Assembly (NCBI GenBank): GCA_002269645.1
Contig: NIVC01001181.1
Span: 62,001-126,000, forward strand
Source of the DNA: Macrostomum lignano
Lineage: Eukaryota
Reading direction: 5' to 3'
DNA: 64,000 nucleotides
This document shows positions 51,301 through 64,000 of this stretch, piece after piece; the first letter of the stretch is position 1, and the number at the start of each line of letters is the position of its first letter. The notes under the pieces were generated by a model, which worked only from the letters and a program-made list of their open reading frames with translations, ran no database searches and was not told the origin of the DNA. A program made the translations under genes and the position numbers.

Positions 51301-53012
51301 CTAGAGTATGGCAGAGTAGGTAGCTAATTGGTAGGTTAGCTAGAGTATGGCAGAGTAGGTAGCTAATTGGTAGGTTAGATAGAGTATGGCAGAGTAGGTA
51401 GCTAATTGGTAGGTTAGCTAGAGTATGGCAGAGTAGGTAGCTAATTGGTAGGTTAGCTAGAGTATGGCAGAGTAGGTAGCTAATTGGTAGGTTAGCTAGA
51501 GTATGGCAGAGTAGGTAGCTAATTGGTAGGTTAGCTAGAGTATGGCAGAGTAGGTAGCTAATTGGTAGGTTAGCTAGAGTATGGCAGAGTAGGTAGCTAA
51601 TTGGTAGGTTAGATAGAGTATGGCAGGGTAGGTAGCTAATTGGTAGGTTAGCTAGAGTATGGCAGGGTAGGTAGCTAATTGGTAGGTTAGCTAGAGTATG
51701 CAGAGTAGGTAGCTAATTGGTAGGTTAGCTAGAGTATGGCAGAGTAGGTAGCTAATTGGTAGATTAGCTAGAGTATGGCAGAGTAGGTAGCTAATTGGTA
51801 GATTAGCTAGAGTATGGCAGAGTAGGTAGCTAATTGGTAGGTTAGCTAGAGTATGGCAGAGTAGGTAGCTAATTGGTAGGTTAGCTAGAGTATGGCAGAG
51901 TAGGTAGCTAATTGGTAGGTTAGCTAGAGTATGGCAGAGTAGGTAGCTAATTGGTAGGTTAGCTAGAGTATGGCAGAGTAGGTAGCTAATTGGTAGGTTA
52001 GCTAGAGTATGGCAGAGTAGGTAGCTAATTGGTAGGTTAGCTAGAGTATGGCAGAGTAGGTAGCTAATTGGTAGGTTAGCTAGAGTATGGCAGGGTAGGT
52101 AGCTAATTGGTAGGTTAGCTAGAGTATGGCAGAGTAGGTAGCTAATTGGTAGGTTAGCTAGAGTATGGCAGAGTAGGTAGCTAATTGGTAGGTTAGCTAG
52201 AGTATGGCAGAGTAGGTAGCTAATTGGTAGGTTAGCTAGAGTATGGCAGAGTAGGTAGCTAATTGGTAGGTTAGCTAGAGTATGGCAGAGTAGGTAGCTA
52301 ATTGGTAGGTTAGCTAGAGTATGGCAGAGTAGGTAGCTAATTGGTAGGTTAGCTAGAGTATGGCAGAGTAGGTAGCTAATTGGTAGGTTAGCTAGAGTAT
52401 GGCAGAGTAGGTAGCTAATTGGTAGGTTAGCTAGAGTATGGCAGAGTAGGTAGCTAATTGGTAGGTTAGCTAGAGTATGGCAGAGTAGGTAGCTAATTGG
52501 TAGGTTAGCTAGAGTATGGCAGAGTAGGTAGCTAATTGGTAGATTAGCTAGAGTATGGCAGAATAGGCAGCTAATTGGTAGGTTAGCTAGAGTATGGCAG
52601 AGTAGGTAGCTAATTGGTAGGTTAGCTAGAGTATGACAGAGTAGGTAGCTAATTGGTAGGTTAGCTAGAGTATGGCAGAGTAGGTAGCTAATTGGTAGGT
52701 TAGCTAGAGTATGGCAGAGTAGGTAGCTAATTGGTAGGTTAGCTAGAGTATGGCAGAGTAGGTAGCTAATTGGTAGGTTAGCTAGAGTATGGCAGAGTAG
52801 GTAGCTAATTGGTAGATTAGCTAGAGTATGGCAGAATAGGCAGCTAATTGGTAGGTTAGCTAGAGTATGGCAGAGTAGGTAGCTAATTGGTAGGTTAGCT
52901 AGAGTATGACAGAGTAGGTAGCTAATTGGTAGGTTAGCTAGAGTATGGCAGAGTAGGTAGCTAATTGGTAGATTAGCTAGAGTATGGCAGAGTAGGTAGC
53001 TAATGGGTAGAG
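48400..53012. repeat. 39-bp satellite (GCTAGAGTATGGCAGAGTAGGTAGCTAATTGGTAGGTTA), about 118 units
   Basis: Largest array; degenerate lead-in from about 48270. Confidence 0.99.
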
Positions 53013-53879
53013 TAGACAATATTAATTATGGTATAATTATGTTGTCAGAGTAGACAGCTAGTGGTAGACTGTTAGAATAGGTAGTTAGGGTATACAGCGG
53101 TAGAGTAGGTGCAGGTTCACTGTGTTAGCAAAACAGGGGGAAATGGCTGGCAGTTACGTTACGGAGCTACAAGGCTAAGAGAGCCAGAAAGCGAGCATTT
53201 CCTAAGAACGTATTTTGCGCAATAAAAGCCAAAAGAACCTCTTTCTGACTCGATTTCGGGCTCGAATTTTTTTTATTACGTTGGCCCTCGAATCGAATCC
53301 GTGGCTGAGACTGGGGAGTAGGGTAGAGGTCCTTGATTCGGGACAAATGCTTTCTGGGGGGCTGCTCTCTACCACCACCTCTCTTCTACCTTCTATAAGT
53401 CTATCTGCAGCTGGTCATATAACTCAACCTTCCTTTGTCGGCAACGTCATCATCAACTGTTTGTGCGCGCGCGTGGCAATATATTACACAGTATGGTATT
53501 ATATATATATATATATAAATTTTATTCGCTCCACTATTGAGGACACGCCCGAATCCGTGCATAACCGTAATTTATAATGTGTGGCATCTGGCCCGAGCAC
53601 CAGACACTGGACACCGGGGGGGGGGGGGGGCTGTCTCCAAAGCCAGCCAGTTAGTTAAGCCGTGAAAATTGATCCCGGCCGTTTTCAGTGTTTTTTTTAT
53701 AGGCAGACAGTTTGCGACGTTGAGGCTTTTATCCGGAAATAATTGCCGCCTGCCTCTCTAGAGGTGATAAATATTTTTAATCGTTTAATTACAGGCGAAT
53801 TAAGAAACTATATATATTTAGCACGAGTGTCTCTTTATTCTCAACTTCCCTCTATACGCACCTACTCATGCTCTGTGCA

Positions 53880-54800
53880 TTCTACTGTCACTAATCATTG
53901 TCACTCTCTCACTCTACTGTCACTCTAACCATCGTCACTCTCACTCTACTTTCACTCTAACCATTGTCAGTCTCACTCTACTTTTACTCTAACCATTGTC
54001 ACTGTCTCTACTGTCACTTTATCACTGTCGCACTCTACTGTCACTCTTATCATTGTCACTCTCGCACTCTACTGTCACTCTTATCATTGTCACTCTCTCA
54101 CTCTACTGTCACTCTTATCATTGTCACTCTCTCACTCTACTGTCACTCTAATCATTGTCACTCTTTCACCTACTGTCACTCTAATCAATGTCACTCACTT
54201 TACTGTCACTCTAACCATTGTAACTCTTTCACCTACTGTCACTCTAATCATTGTCACTCTCACTCTACTGTCACTCTAATCATTGTCACTCTTTCACCTA
54301 CTGACACTCTCACTTTACTGTCACTCTAACCATTGTCACTCTTTCACCTACTGTCACTCTACTCATTGTCACTCTCTCACCTACTGTCACTCTAATCATT
54401 GTCACTCTCACTCTACTGTCACTCTAACCATTGTCACTGTCTCTACTGTCACTTTATCACTGTCTCACTCTACTGTCACTCTTATCATTGTCACTCTCTC
54501 ACTCTACTGTCACTCTAATCATTGTCACTCTTTCACCTACTGTCACTCTAATCAATGTCACTCACTTTACTGTCACTCTAACCATTGTCACTCTTTCACC
54601 TACTGTCACTCTCTAACCATTGTCACTGTCTCTACTGTCACTTTATCACTGTCTCACTCTACTGTCACTCTTATCATTGTCATTCTCTCACCTACTGTCA
54701 GTGTCACTTATCACTGTAACAGTGACTATTGTCACTTCTATCACTGTCACTGTCACTCTACTGTCACTCTCTCATTCTACTGTCAAACCCCATCTCGCAA
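53880..54800. repeat. TGTCACTCT-based irregular minisatellite
   Basis: Direct reading. Confidence 0.93.
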
Positions 54801-55003
54801 CCGTCACTCTTTCACTTCTTATCCATCATTTGTCGCTTGATCACTGAATCCCAAGTTTCATTCTTATATAACTCTATCTATATGCTTCTAAAAAACTGAA
54901 AACTAGCAAACAAACAGTAAAGTTATAAAACAAGAGAATAGCTCAACGTTTAAACCTAAACCTGCATTGACCTGGAAATAGAGCGGGCTTACAAAGAGAG
55001 AGA

Positions 55004-55039
<36 letters not shown>

Positions 55040-55511
55040 ATCTACATCAGAATTTTATGCTCCCCAAGAGAGAAGCTATGCGCTTAAAGCTGCTAAGCTA
55101 CTACTAGAGCTTCATGGTCCAGCGTTAATACCGATTTGGTTGGGTTGTAAATCTTCTTGGTGGGGGGGGGGTGATTTCTCTCTCTCTATCCCTCTAAAAC
55201 TTACGGAACCCGCTGTGAGGGGGGGGCATTGCAGGTTTTTCGCAATACAGGGAGACACGCGCGCACACACACACACACACACAAACTAGCCGCACAGCTA
55301 ACTGAAGACCGACCTTAACTTTGGCGGTATAATACGCCTTATTTATATGCATATACTGTATATTGCATATGCAGTGTGGGGGCTCTTTTTCAGAAAAAGA
55401 GGAATGCCGCCTCTACTGCCGCTGCTGAAATCGAGAGAGAGACACACACCAACACGCAGACAGAGAAAAAAGCTAACTAAAGCTGTGGTATACGGCATTG
55501 CTTTGCCACCT

Positions 55512-55707
<196 letters not shown>

Positions 55708-56199
55708 GTTTCTACCTCTTGTAAAAGTTAGTAACTGAGTTAGAGAGAAAGGCGTATATTGTGATAGATCGAGTACTGCTTTGGCGGCGCTCTGGTGTGT
55801 TTGGGTTTCTTTCTGCTTGTGGGGGTTTAGGTGGGCTGGTTTTTGCTTTCTATTGCCGCCGCTAAGCAAGCCGAGACAGACAGTGTGGGGGGGGGTAGTG
55901 GCGCGCGGCTTACGTTCTAGCACAGACACTCTGAATAGAGAGTTGCTCATTTTTGCGGGCTTGACTTTTCTCTTCATATAATTTTCATGCCCGTTTTGTT
56001 TTGTTCATCAAAAACCCACTGCTTCTGCTGAGAAGGTTAGCCAATACTTTAACCGTTTCTCTGCTTCATATCAGCAAGCTATCGCTGTTAGCTTTGATTT
56101 CCATCACTGGGATTTCAGGTTTGAGGTATTAAAAATCAAGAATTACAATTTAAGAGATTTCCAGAAGGAAATACCATCGGTATGGAATTTCTCGTTTAC

Positions 56200-56670
56200 A
56201 AGTTTTCCGAAACTGGGAATGCATACGATAGGGAATCCTCGAATTTGGAAATTCCCAGAAGCGGGAATCCTTAAGATAGGGAATTACCGAGTTTGGAGTT
56301 GGAAATTCCTAGAAAGGGAACTTATAAGATTAGAATTCCCTGATTTGGAGATTCTCAAAAGAGGATTCCATACAATAGGGAATTCCCAGATTTAGAGGTT
56401 CCCAGAAGGGAATTCCATACGATAGGGAATTCCCAAATTTGGAGATTCCTAGAAGAGGAATCCACCCGATAAGGAATTCCCAGATTTGGAGGTTCTCAGA
56501 AAGGGGATTCCATACGATAGGGAATTCCCAAATTAGGAGATTCTCAGAAGGGGAATCCATCCGATAAGGAATTCCCAGATTTGGAGGTTCCCAGAAGGGG
56601 ATTTCATCCGATAAGGAATTCCCAGATTTGGAGGTTCCCAGAAGGGGATTCCATACGATAGGGAATTCCG
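56200..56670. repeat. About 47-bp degenerate minisatellite containing palindromic GGGAATTCCC
   Basis: GGGAATTCCCAGATTTGGAGGTTCCCAGAAGGGGATTCCATACGATA-like units. Confidence 0.9.
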
Positions 56671-57494
56671 TTAGGGCAGTATCTGAGCTGCATTATCCGA
56701 GATTAGGAGGCCCAGCTTAGGATCAGTAATGTCCGCCAATTCTATCCCCGTCTGAAATTGGTCAAGAGTCCCATGACAATAAAAAACTTCGTCTTTGAGC
56801 AGAAAATGCCAAACACAGACTCTCCGATTGCCGCAGCTTCATCACGTTCAAAGTCAAACTGCGATTTTGCTTTCCCTCTAGGGGAGAGCGAACTGGACTC
56901 GGGAATCTCTTCCATCTAATTTTGCTTTGCATAAAATTTTTAGATCGACAATTTTTTCGCCTACAAAATGCGATCTACTTTATACTTGGAGACTCATCTT
57001 ACAAGAAAGTTTTATGCGAATTGAAATGCCTGGAATGCATAAATCTTAGATTAGAAAATATCTGGCATAAAACCATCTTTTTCTCAGCGCTAGCTCATAG
57101 CATCGGTCCGCGGCAGGGAAATTAATTTTAGTGCCAATATTATTTAAGAATTTGGCACTTTGATGCCTTTTATAATCGGCTTTGGATGCTTTCTAGAGGC
57201 TTCTTTTGCGGCTTGACTTGGCCTTGAAGGAAGATTATGAGAGTAATAAAATTTTGATCCTTGGCAGGGGATGGGAATGGGATAAGATTGCTGCTGCAGA
57301 AATGGTATGTTGAACTGACTGGGACTGGTTTATTATAATTGAAGAGAATTTCTTGCACATTTTATAATTAAGCTGCGTTACTGAGCAGAATAATTGCTCA
57401 TACGCTCGTACCTGCTGATAGGAACCATTTTAAGATTATTGGTGTTTATCTACCTGGGATCTGGATCAATTTAAACATGTGGGATTTATCTACG

Positions 57495-58020
57495 TGAGCT
57501 TAGGATCTACCTACCTGAAATTGGGATCTACCTACCTGGAATTGGGATCTACCTACCTGGACTTGGGATCTACCTACCTGGAATCGGGATCTACCTACCT
57601 GGAATTGGGATCTACCTACCTGGAATTGGGATCTACCTACCTGGACTTGGGATCTACCTACCTGGAATCGGGATTTACCTACCTGAAATTGGGATCTACC
57701 TACCTGGAATTGGGATCTACCTACCTGGACTTGGGATCTACCTACCTGGAATCGGGATCTACCTACCTGGAATTGGGATCTACCTACCTGGAATTGGGAT
57801 CTACCTACCTGAAATTGGGATCTACCTACCTGGAATTGGGATCTACCTACCTGGAATTGGGATCTACCTACCTGGACTTTGGATCTACCTACCTGGAATT
57901 GGTATCTACCTACCTGGACTTGGGATCTACCTACCTGGAATTGGTATCTACCTACCTGGAATCGGGATCTACCTACCTGGAATTGGTATCTACCTACCTG
58001 AAATTGCGGATCTACCTACT
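57495..58020. repeat. 21-bp minisatellite (GGGATCTACCTACCTGGAATT)
   Basis: About 25 units. Confidence 0.96.
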
Positions 58021-58797
58021 ATGAATCGCGATGAAATTTAGACAACAGGAGAATCTCTACAGAAGAATTGGCAAAGCTAGTTAGCATCTGAATGCTAATC
58101 TACCTTCAGTAAGACACACCAAGGCCATACTATCCATAGATTCATAACAGCGGAGGCTCAAGCAAGACTGCGGAACAGAAATCCGACCTGAAATTGGGGT
58201 AAAGGCTTCTTTGCGTTGTGTGAATTTCTGCCCAAGGCACAGTTCCGGGACACTGGAAAAGAGGGATCTGTGAAATGAAATCCCAGCGAAAAAAATTATA
58301 GTGCTAAGAGCAGCCAAAGTCTCACCCTAAATGCCTTGTCTCCGTCTTGATTTTTTTAAATTCTCCCTCTCATATCCGAAGAAAGTGGTCAAAACTACGA
58401 CAACTACGAGAACTTAAAGAAACAGTAAGAGTTATGATTGATGAGTATGCATATTAATGCTTCCTTTTTCGTTTCGTTCCCTAGTGCTGTGCACTGTCGC
58501 TTGCGTCTCTAACTCTCTCGCTCTCTGTGAGTTTCTGTGCACCCGTGCGCCCAATACTTGTCATGCACGCATTTCAGTTTCCTATTCCTAGTTCTGTACG
58601 ATCCCTAGTGCCTGTGTCTGGTGCGGCCTTGCATTAGGACAGTCACCGCGCCTAGCCTAGGATTAGAAGTTATTGCGCATTAGCACGATAGAGGAGCTGC
58701 TGGGTTGTGGCCGTGTCAGCGGTTGGGCAGGCGGTTGCACATTCAGTCATTCTAGAATTTGTCAGGCCCGTTCTTTGCAGGCTTTGTAGGTTTCTGG

Positions 58798-60282
58798 ATA
58801 AGAGAGTGGAAGAGTAAGATAAGAGAGTGGGAGAGTAAGATAAGAGAGTGGGAGAGTAAGATAAGAGAGTGGGAGAGTAAGATAAGAGAGTGGGAGAGTA
58901 AGATAAGAGAGTGGAAGAGTAAGATACGAGAGTGGGAGAGTAAGATAAGAGAGTGGAAGAGTAAGATACGAGAGTGGGAGAGTAAGATAAGAGAGTGGGA
59001 GAGTAAGATAAGAGAGTGGGAGAGTAAGATAAGAGAGTGGGAGAGTAAGATACGAGAGTGGGAGAGTAAGATAAGAGAGTGGGAGAGTAAGATGGGAGAG
59101 TGGAAGAGTAAGATACGAGAGTGGGAGAGTAAGATAAGAGAGTGGGAGAGTAAGATAAGAGAGTGGGAGAGTAAGATAAGAGATTGGGAGAGTAAGATAA
59201 GAGAGTGGGAGAGTAAGATAAGAGAGTGGGAGAGTAAGATAAGAGAGTGGGAGAGTAAGATAAGAGAGTGGGAGAGTAAGATAAGAGAGTGGGAGTGTAA
59301 GATAAGAGAGTGGGAGAGTAAGATAAGAGAGTGGGAGAGTAAGATACGAGAGTGGGAGAGTAAGATAAGAGAGTGGGAGAGTAAGATAAGAGAGTGGAAG
59401 AGTAAGATAAGAGAGTGGGAGAGTAAGATAAGAGAGTGGGAGAGTAAGATAAGAGAGTGGGAGAGTAAGATAAAAGAGAATGGGAGAGTAAGATACGAGA
59501 GTGGGAGAGTAAGATAAGAGAGTGGGAGAGTAAGATACGAGAGTGGGAGAGTAAGATAAGAGAGTGGGAGAGTAAGATACGAGAGTGGGAGAGTAAGATA
59601 AGAGAGTGGGAGAGTAAGATAAGAGAGTGGGAGAGTAAGAAACGAGAGTGGGAGAGTAAGATACGAGAGTGGGAGAGTAAGATAAGAGAGTGGGAGAGTA
59701 AGATAAGAGAGTGGGAGAGTAAGATGGGAGAGTGGAAGAGTAAGATAAGAGAGTGGGAGAGTAAGATACGAGAGTGGGAGAGTAAGATAAGAGAGTGGGA
59801 GAGTAAGATAAGAGAGTGGGAGAGTAAGATAAGATAGTGGGAGAGTAAGATAAGAGAGTGGGAGAGTAAGATACGAGAGTGGGAGAGTAAGATAAGAGAG
59901 TGGGAGAGTAAAATACGAGAGTGGGAGAGTAAGATAAGAGAGTGGGAGAGTAAGATACGAGAGTGGGAGAGAGAGTAAGATAAGAGAGTGGGAGAGTAAG
60001 ATAAGAGAGTGGGAGAGTAAGATACGAGAGTGGGAGAGTAAGATACGAGAGTGGGAGAGTAAGATACGAGAGTGGGAGAGTAAGATACGAGAGTGGGAGA
60101 GTAAGATACGAGAGTGGGAGAGTAAGATACGAGAGTGGGAGAGTAAGATACGAGAGTGGGAGAGTAAGATACGAGAGTGGGAGAGTAAGATACGAGAGTG
60201 GGAGAGTAAGATACGAGAGTGGGAGAGTAAGATACGAGAGTGGGAGAGTAAGATACGAGAGCGGGAGAGTAAGATTGCTCCC
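58798..60282. repeat. 21-bp polypurine minisatellite (GAGAGTAAGATAAGAGAGTGG)
   Basis: About 70 units; the ATACGA variant is fixed in the right-hand units. Confidence 0.98.
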
Positions 60283-60636
60283 AAAAGAGTTGGGGAGTAA
60301 GATAAGAAAATCGCTAAAAGCGACCAACGTCTCGAATGGCGTTATCACATCGTCTGAAAAGTTGACATTTAACTTGAAATCCTCGTCTCGGTCTCTGCAT
60401 TATTAGTTGTATCATTAAACATATCATTACGCATAAATGTATTGATGTAACAAAAATGTCATCAAAGGGCACGGATTTGCTAATCAATCGTAAGAATTTC
60501 CTGTCTGTGCGAATGGGTGCAGGTGGAATATACGACCACCTATGCAGAAATTATTGCTTTAGGATTATTACTGCCAATATGATTATTGTTGTTTTTTTGT
60601 TGCTGTTGCTGCCACTGCTGTTGCTTTTGCAAAGAA

Positions 60637-60709
60637 ATGGGCCCCAACCTTCACGAGAATCGGTTGTTGCAGACACTTCCGCTAGTGTTCGTCTTCCTGT
60701 CAGCCACGT
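60637..60709 (+). CDS. Candidate first coding (signal-peptide) exon of the Ig-domain gene
   Basis: ATG 60637: MGPNLHENRLLQTLPLVFVFLSAT, ending in phase 1 at a weak donor T|GTGACA. Splicing to 61895 gives ...VFVFLSATLDRGANA/DPITW, a plausible A-X-A cleavage site. Speculative. Confidence 0.3.
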
Positions 60710-60904
60710 GTGACAGGCTGTTTTGGTTTCTCAATAATCATAATAATAATTATAATCATCATCATAATCATAAAATATTGCTACACGTTATAAACGCTAG
60801 TGTTCACCGTCTTTTTGTCGAACATTGCCCTTAGATAAATCACTGAAATGTGAAATACAAATCACGCCATTAGCGCAAAGCGCCTTGAGCCTGCCTCACC
60901 TTGA

Positions 60905-61790
60905 AAATCGACCGAATCTCACCCTGAGATTCGCTCTAATCTCACTCTGAGAATCGCTGTAATCTTACCCTGAGAATCGCTGTAATCTCACTCTGAGAAT
61001 CGCTCCAATCTCACTCTTAGAATCGCTCCAATCTCACTCTGAGAATCGCTCGAATCTGAACCATGAGATGAGAATCGCTCCAATCTCACTCTGAGAATCG
61101 CAGTAATCTCACTCTGAGAATCGCAGTAATCTCACTCTGAGAATCGCTCCAATCTCACTCTGAGAATCGCAGTAATCTCACTCTGAGAATTGCTCCAATC
61201 TCATTCTGAGAATCGCTCGAATCTGAACCATGAGAATCGCTCCAATCTCATTCTGAGAATCGCTCCAATCTCATTCTGAGAATCGCTCGAATCTGAACCA
61301 TGATAATCGCTCCAATCTCATTCTGAGAATCGCTCGAATCTGAACCATGAGAATCGCTCCAATCTCATTCTGAGAGTCGCTCGAATCTGAACCATGATAA
61401 TCGCTCCAATCTCATTCTGAGAGTCGCTCGAATCTGAACCATGAGAATCGCTCCAATCTCATTCTGAGAGTCGCTCGAATCTGAACCATGAGAATCGCTC
61501 CAATCTCCTTCTGAGAGTCGCTCGAATCTGAACCATGATAATCGCTCCAATCTCATTCTGAGAGTCGCTCGAATCTGAACCATGATAATCGCTCCAATCT
61601 CATTCTGAGAATCGCTCGAATCTGAACCATGATAATCGCTCCAATCTCATTCTGAGAATCGCTCGAATCTGAACCATGAGAATCGCTCCAATCTCATTCT
61701 GAGAATCGCTCGAATCTGAACCATGAGAATCGCTCCAATCTCATTCTGAGAATCGCTCGAATCTGAACCATGAGAATCGCCCCAGTATCG
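60905..61790. repeat. 23-bp minisatellite converting to a 47-bp (23+24) higher-order repeat
   Basis: GAGAATCGCTCCAATCTCATTCT plus GAGAATCGCTCGAATCTGAACCAT. Confidence 0.96.
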
Positions 61791-61894
61791 CCCCATAAGA
61801 ATCGCCAAAATCTCGCATATAAGATTTCCCAGCAATGCCTGAGTGAAAACTGTACATCTCCAAATAACCGAACCTTCGCCCTTCGCCCTCGCAG

Positions 61895-62248
61895 TGGACC
61901 GCGGCGCGAATGCGGACCCGATCACCTGGCAGGTGTGCCCGCCGGCTCGCACGGACATTCGCGAAGGCTCCCTAGCAACAATCCGATGCGAAGCGAATCT
62001 CGAATCCGAGGCCAAAGACGCCAACAACATCTACAAGTGGGAGTACAGATCCAGGGCTGGTCAGTACAGCTTCAAGCGCCTCAGCCCGCACCCCAAGCTG
62101 CACTACAGTCCCTACGGATCCAGGGGCGATTTGCACATTCGATCTGTCGATCGAGACGACGACGGAAAACAGTTTATGTGCCTGCGAGGCCCGAAGGACG
62201 CCAATAAACTGACTCGCTGTCCTAAAGAGACCACGCTGAGAGTCTTCT
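61895..62248 (+). CDS. Internal exon encoding an immunoglobulin-like (V/I-set) domain of a host cell-surface or secreted protein
   Basis: Acceptor CCTTCGCCCTCGCAG|, donor |GTGAGT, 354 nt, phase 1-1 as is typical for Ig exons. GC-rich coding-like composition; TIRC...YKWEY...DLHIRSVDRDDDGKQFMC...TTLRVF matches the Ig C-W-L.I..V...D.G.F.C pattern. Confidence 0.85.
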
Positions 62249-62364
62249 GTGAGTTCTCGTTTTGTAATTCTTTGCTTTGGGAAAATGGGAAAGAGTTTGG
62301 GATCAGGGATTTATTGCGCACCTTCTTGAGGCTCGGTGTTAGAGTGGGCAGAGATGCAAGAGCT

Positions 62365-62710
62365 GCTCTTTTCCCTCTTCCCCTTCTTCCCCTCTGTTTT
62401 CTTGTTCCCCCTTTTCGCTTCCTTCCCTGTATTTTTCCATTCTTTCTCTTCTTTCCGGCTCTCCGCTCTTTTCCCTCTTTCCCTCTTCCCCTTTCCCCTC
62501 TTCCCCTCTTCCCCTTTTGCCCCTCTTCCCCTTTCCCCTCTTCCCCTCTTCCCCTTTTGCCCCTCTTCCCCTCCTCCCCTCTTCCCCTCTTTCCCTCTTC
62601 TCCTTTTCCCCTTTCCCCTCTTTCCCCTCTTTTCCCTTTCCCCTCTTTCCCCTCTTTCCCCTCTTCCACTCTCCTTTCCCTTCTCAGTTCTCACCTCTTT
62701 TCCCCCTATC
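62365..62710. repeat. CCCCTCTT-type pyrimidine low-complexity tract (intronic)
   Basis: Direct reading. Confidence 0.92.
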
Positions 62711-63694
62711 CCTCCTTTTTAGAGCATCGCTCTTTGCCACTATCCTCCCTTAAAGCTCTTCTTCAAACCGAATTGGCGGCCTATTCTCATTCTAAATGAA
62801 AACTCTAGCAGAAAAAATATCATCTTCTCAATCAGCCAATTGAAGAAATCGCATTGGAAATATTAAAAATAAATTTCGCCAAGCACTGACGCTCCCCGCT
62901 AAGATGGTTGGATCAAAGCGAAAAAAAGTGAAAAGAAATTAGCATTGCCCTACCAGGCAACCGCTTATAAATTAATAAATTAATCTGCATTCGAATTCCA
63001 TTCCAGATAAGAAACTTTTCCCGTCTCCCGCAGCGGCAATTTAGTTGCTTTCTTTTTTCTCTCGCTTCCTGCCAATTTCCAGATAGCGAAGAGCGCTCGA
63101 ATCCAATCTCAGTCAGGGAAGCGATAAGATTATAATAATTTACAAGTGCCCAACAAACGGATGGGGGGAAGAAGGGAGAGAGTGAAAAAAATTCGGGAGG
63201 CGGTGGAAATTGATAGAGCCAACTTTTTTATCTAGAGCGGATTAATTTGCATTAGTCCCATCTTTTTGCCATGGTATAGTTTAATGTCGAGGAGAATGGG
63301 TGGCGGCGTTGCCCTCCATCCCGTTCGGAGCATTGAAGTCCGTTAGTTAATTTAGCTTGCGGGTTGGAGGAGGCCGGGTGGCTGATGACAGGAATACAGC
63401 CGGCCAGGTGTGCATAGGAGGCTGGTGATGGAGCTTGCCTTCAAGCCTGCCTTTGATATCCATGCCGAGCCGACTTGCTATTTGCTTATTACTAACGAGT
63501 TCTCCGCTCCTTGCTGACTAATATCTGTATAGTTGCAACTGTTTCAAGCAATTTTTTAAGCATTTCCCAGGATTGGCTGGCCTGTTGATGTGGGGGGCGG
63601 GGCTTAAATTTCCTACCGTAATTTCTTTGAAGCAATTCACTGTTTCCTGAAATCGCACAGCCCGAGTCTAAATTTAATAAGCCCAATGCCAAAT

Positions 63695-64000
63695 CACATA
63701 GTCCCAATTCTAAATCCCATAATCCCGATTCCAAATCCCATGATCTAGATTCCAAATCCCATAATCCCGATTCCAAATCCCATGATCTAGATTCCAAATC
63801 CCATTATCCCGATGCAAATCCCATTATCCCGATGCAAATCCCATAATCCAGATTCCAAATCCCATAATCCAGATTCCAAATCCCATAATCCCGATTCCAA
63901 ATCCCATTATCCCGATGCAAATCCCATTATCCCGATGCAAATCCCATAATCCAGATTCCAAATCCCATAATCCAGATTCCAAATCCCATAATCCAGATTC
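63695..64000. repeat. 21-bp minisatellite (AATCCCATAATCCAGATTCCA), runs off the window
   Basis: Direct reading. Confidence 0.94.

Overview
Eukaryotic (animal) genomic DNA with two very different parts. (1) 1-9677 is a nested retroelement block. A Ty3/Gypsy LTR retrotransposon (Mag-like, single gag-pol ORF, - strand, 5' LTR 9399-9677, tRNA-Ser-type PBS) is split inside its gag zinc knuckle by an apparently full-length, opposite-strand non-LTR retrotransposon of LOA/R1 type (2938-8748). The LINE has a 13-bp TSD, ORF1, an APE-RT-RNaseH ORF2 with one frameshift, structured UTRs and a (TAAGTCAAG)2 tail. The Gypsy copy is dead (YQDN in RT, premature stop, frameshift); the LINE is nearly intact. (2) 9678-64000 is non-coding-looking DNA in which roughly half the bases (my estimate about 26 of 54 kb) lie in about 34 separate micro/minisatellite arrays (units 2-47 bp), several related to one another. 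Nearly all long ORFs in this part are repeat artefacts. It also holds a tRNA-SINE-like relic (about 38.2 kb), a candidate Pol II promoter (about 23.1 kb) and one convincing host exon encoding an Ig-like domain (61895-62248, +), with a possible signal-peptide exon upstream. The repeat landscape resembles that described for the flatworm Macrostomum, but host identity is an inference. No novel system can be proven from sequence alone. The best leads are the LINE's UTR and translation signals (structured 5' end, splice acceptor 3 nt before the ORF1 AUG) and signs that dispersed satellite arrays share sequence.
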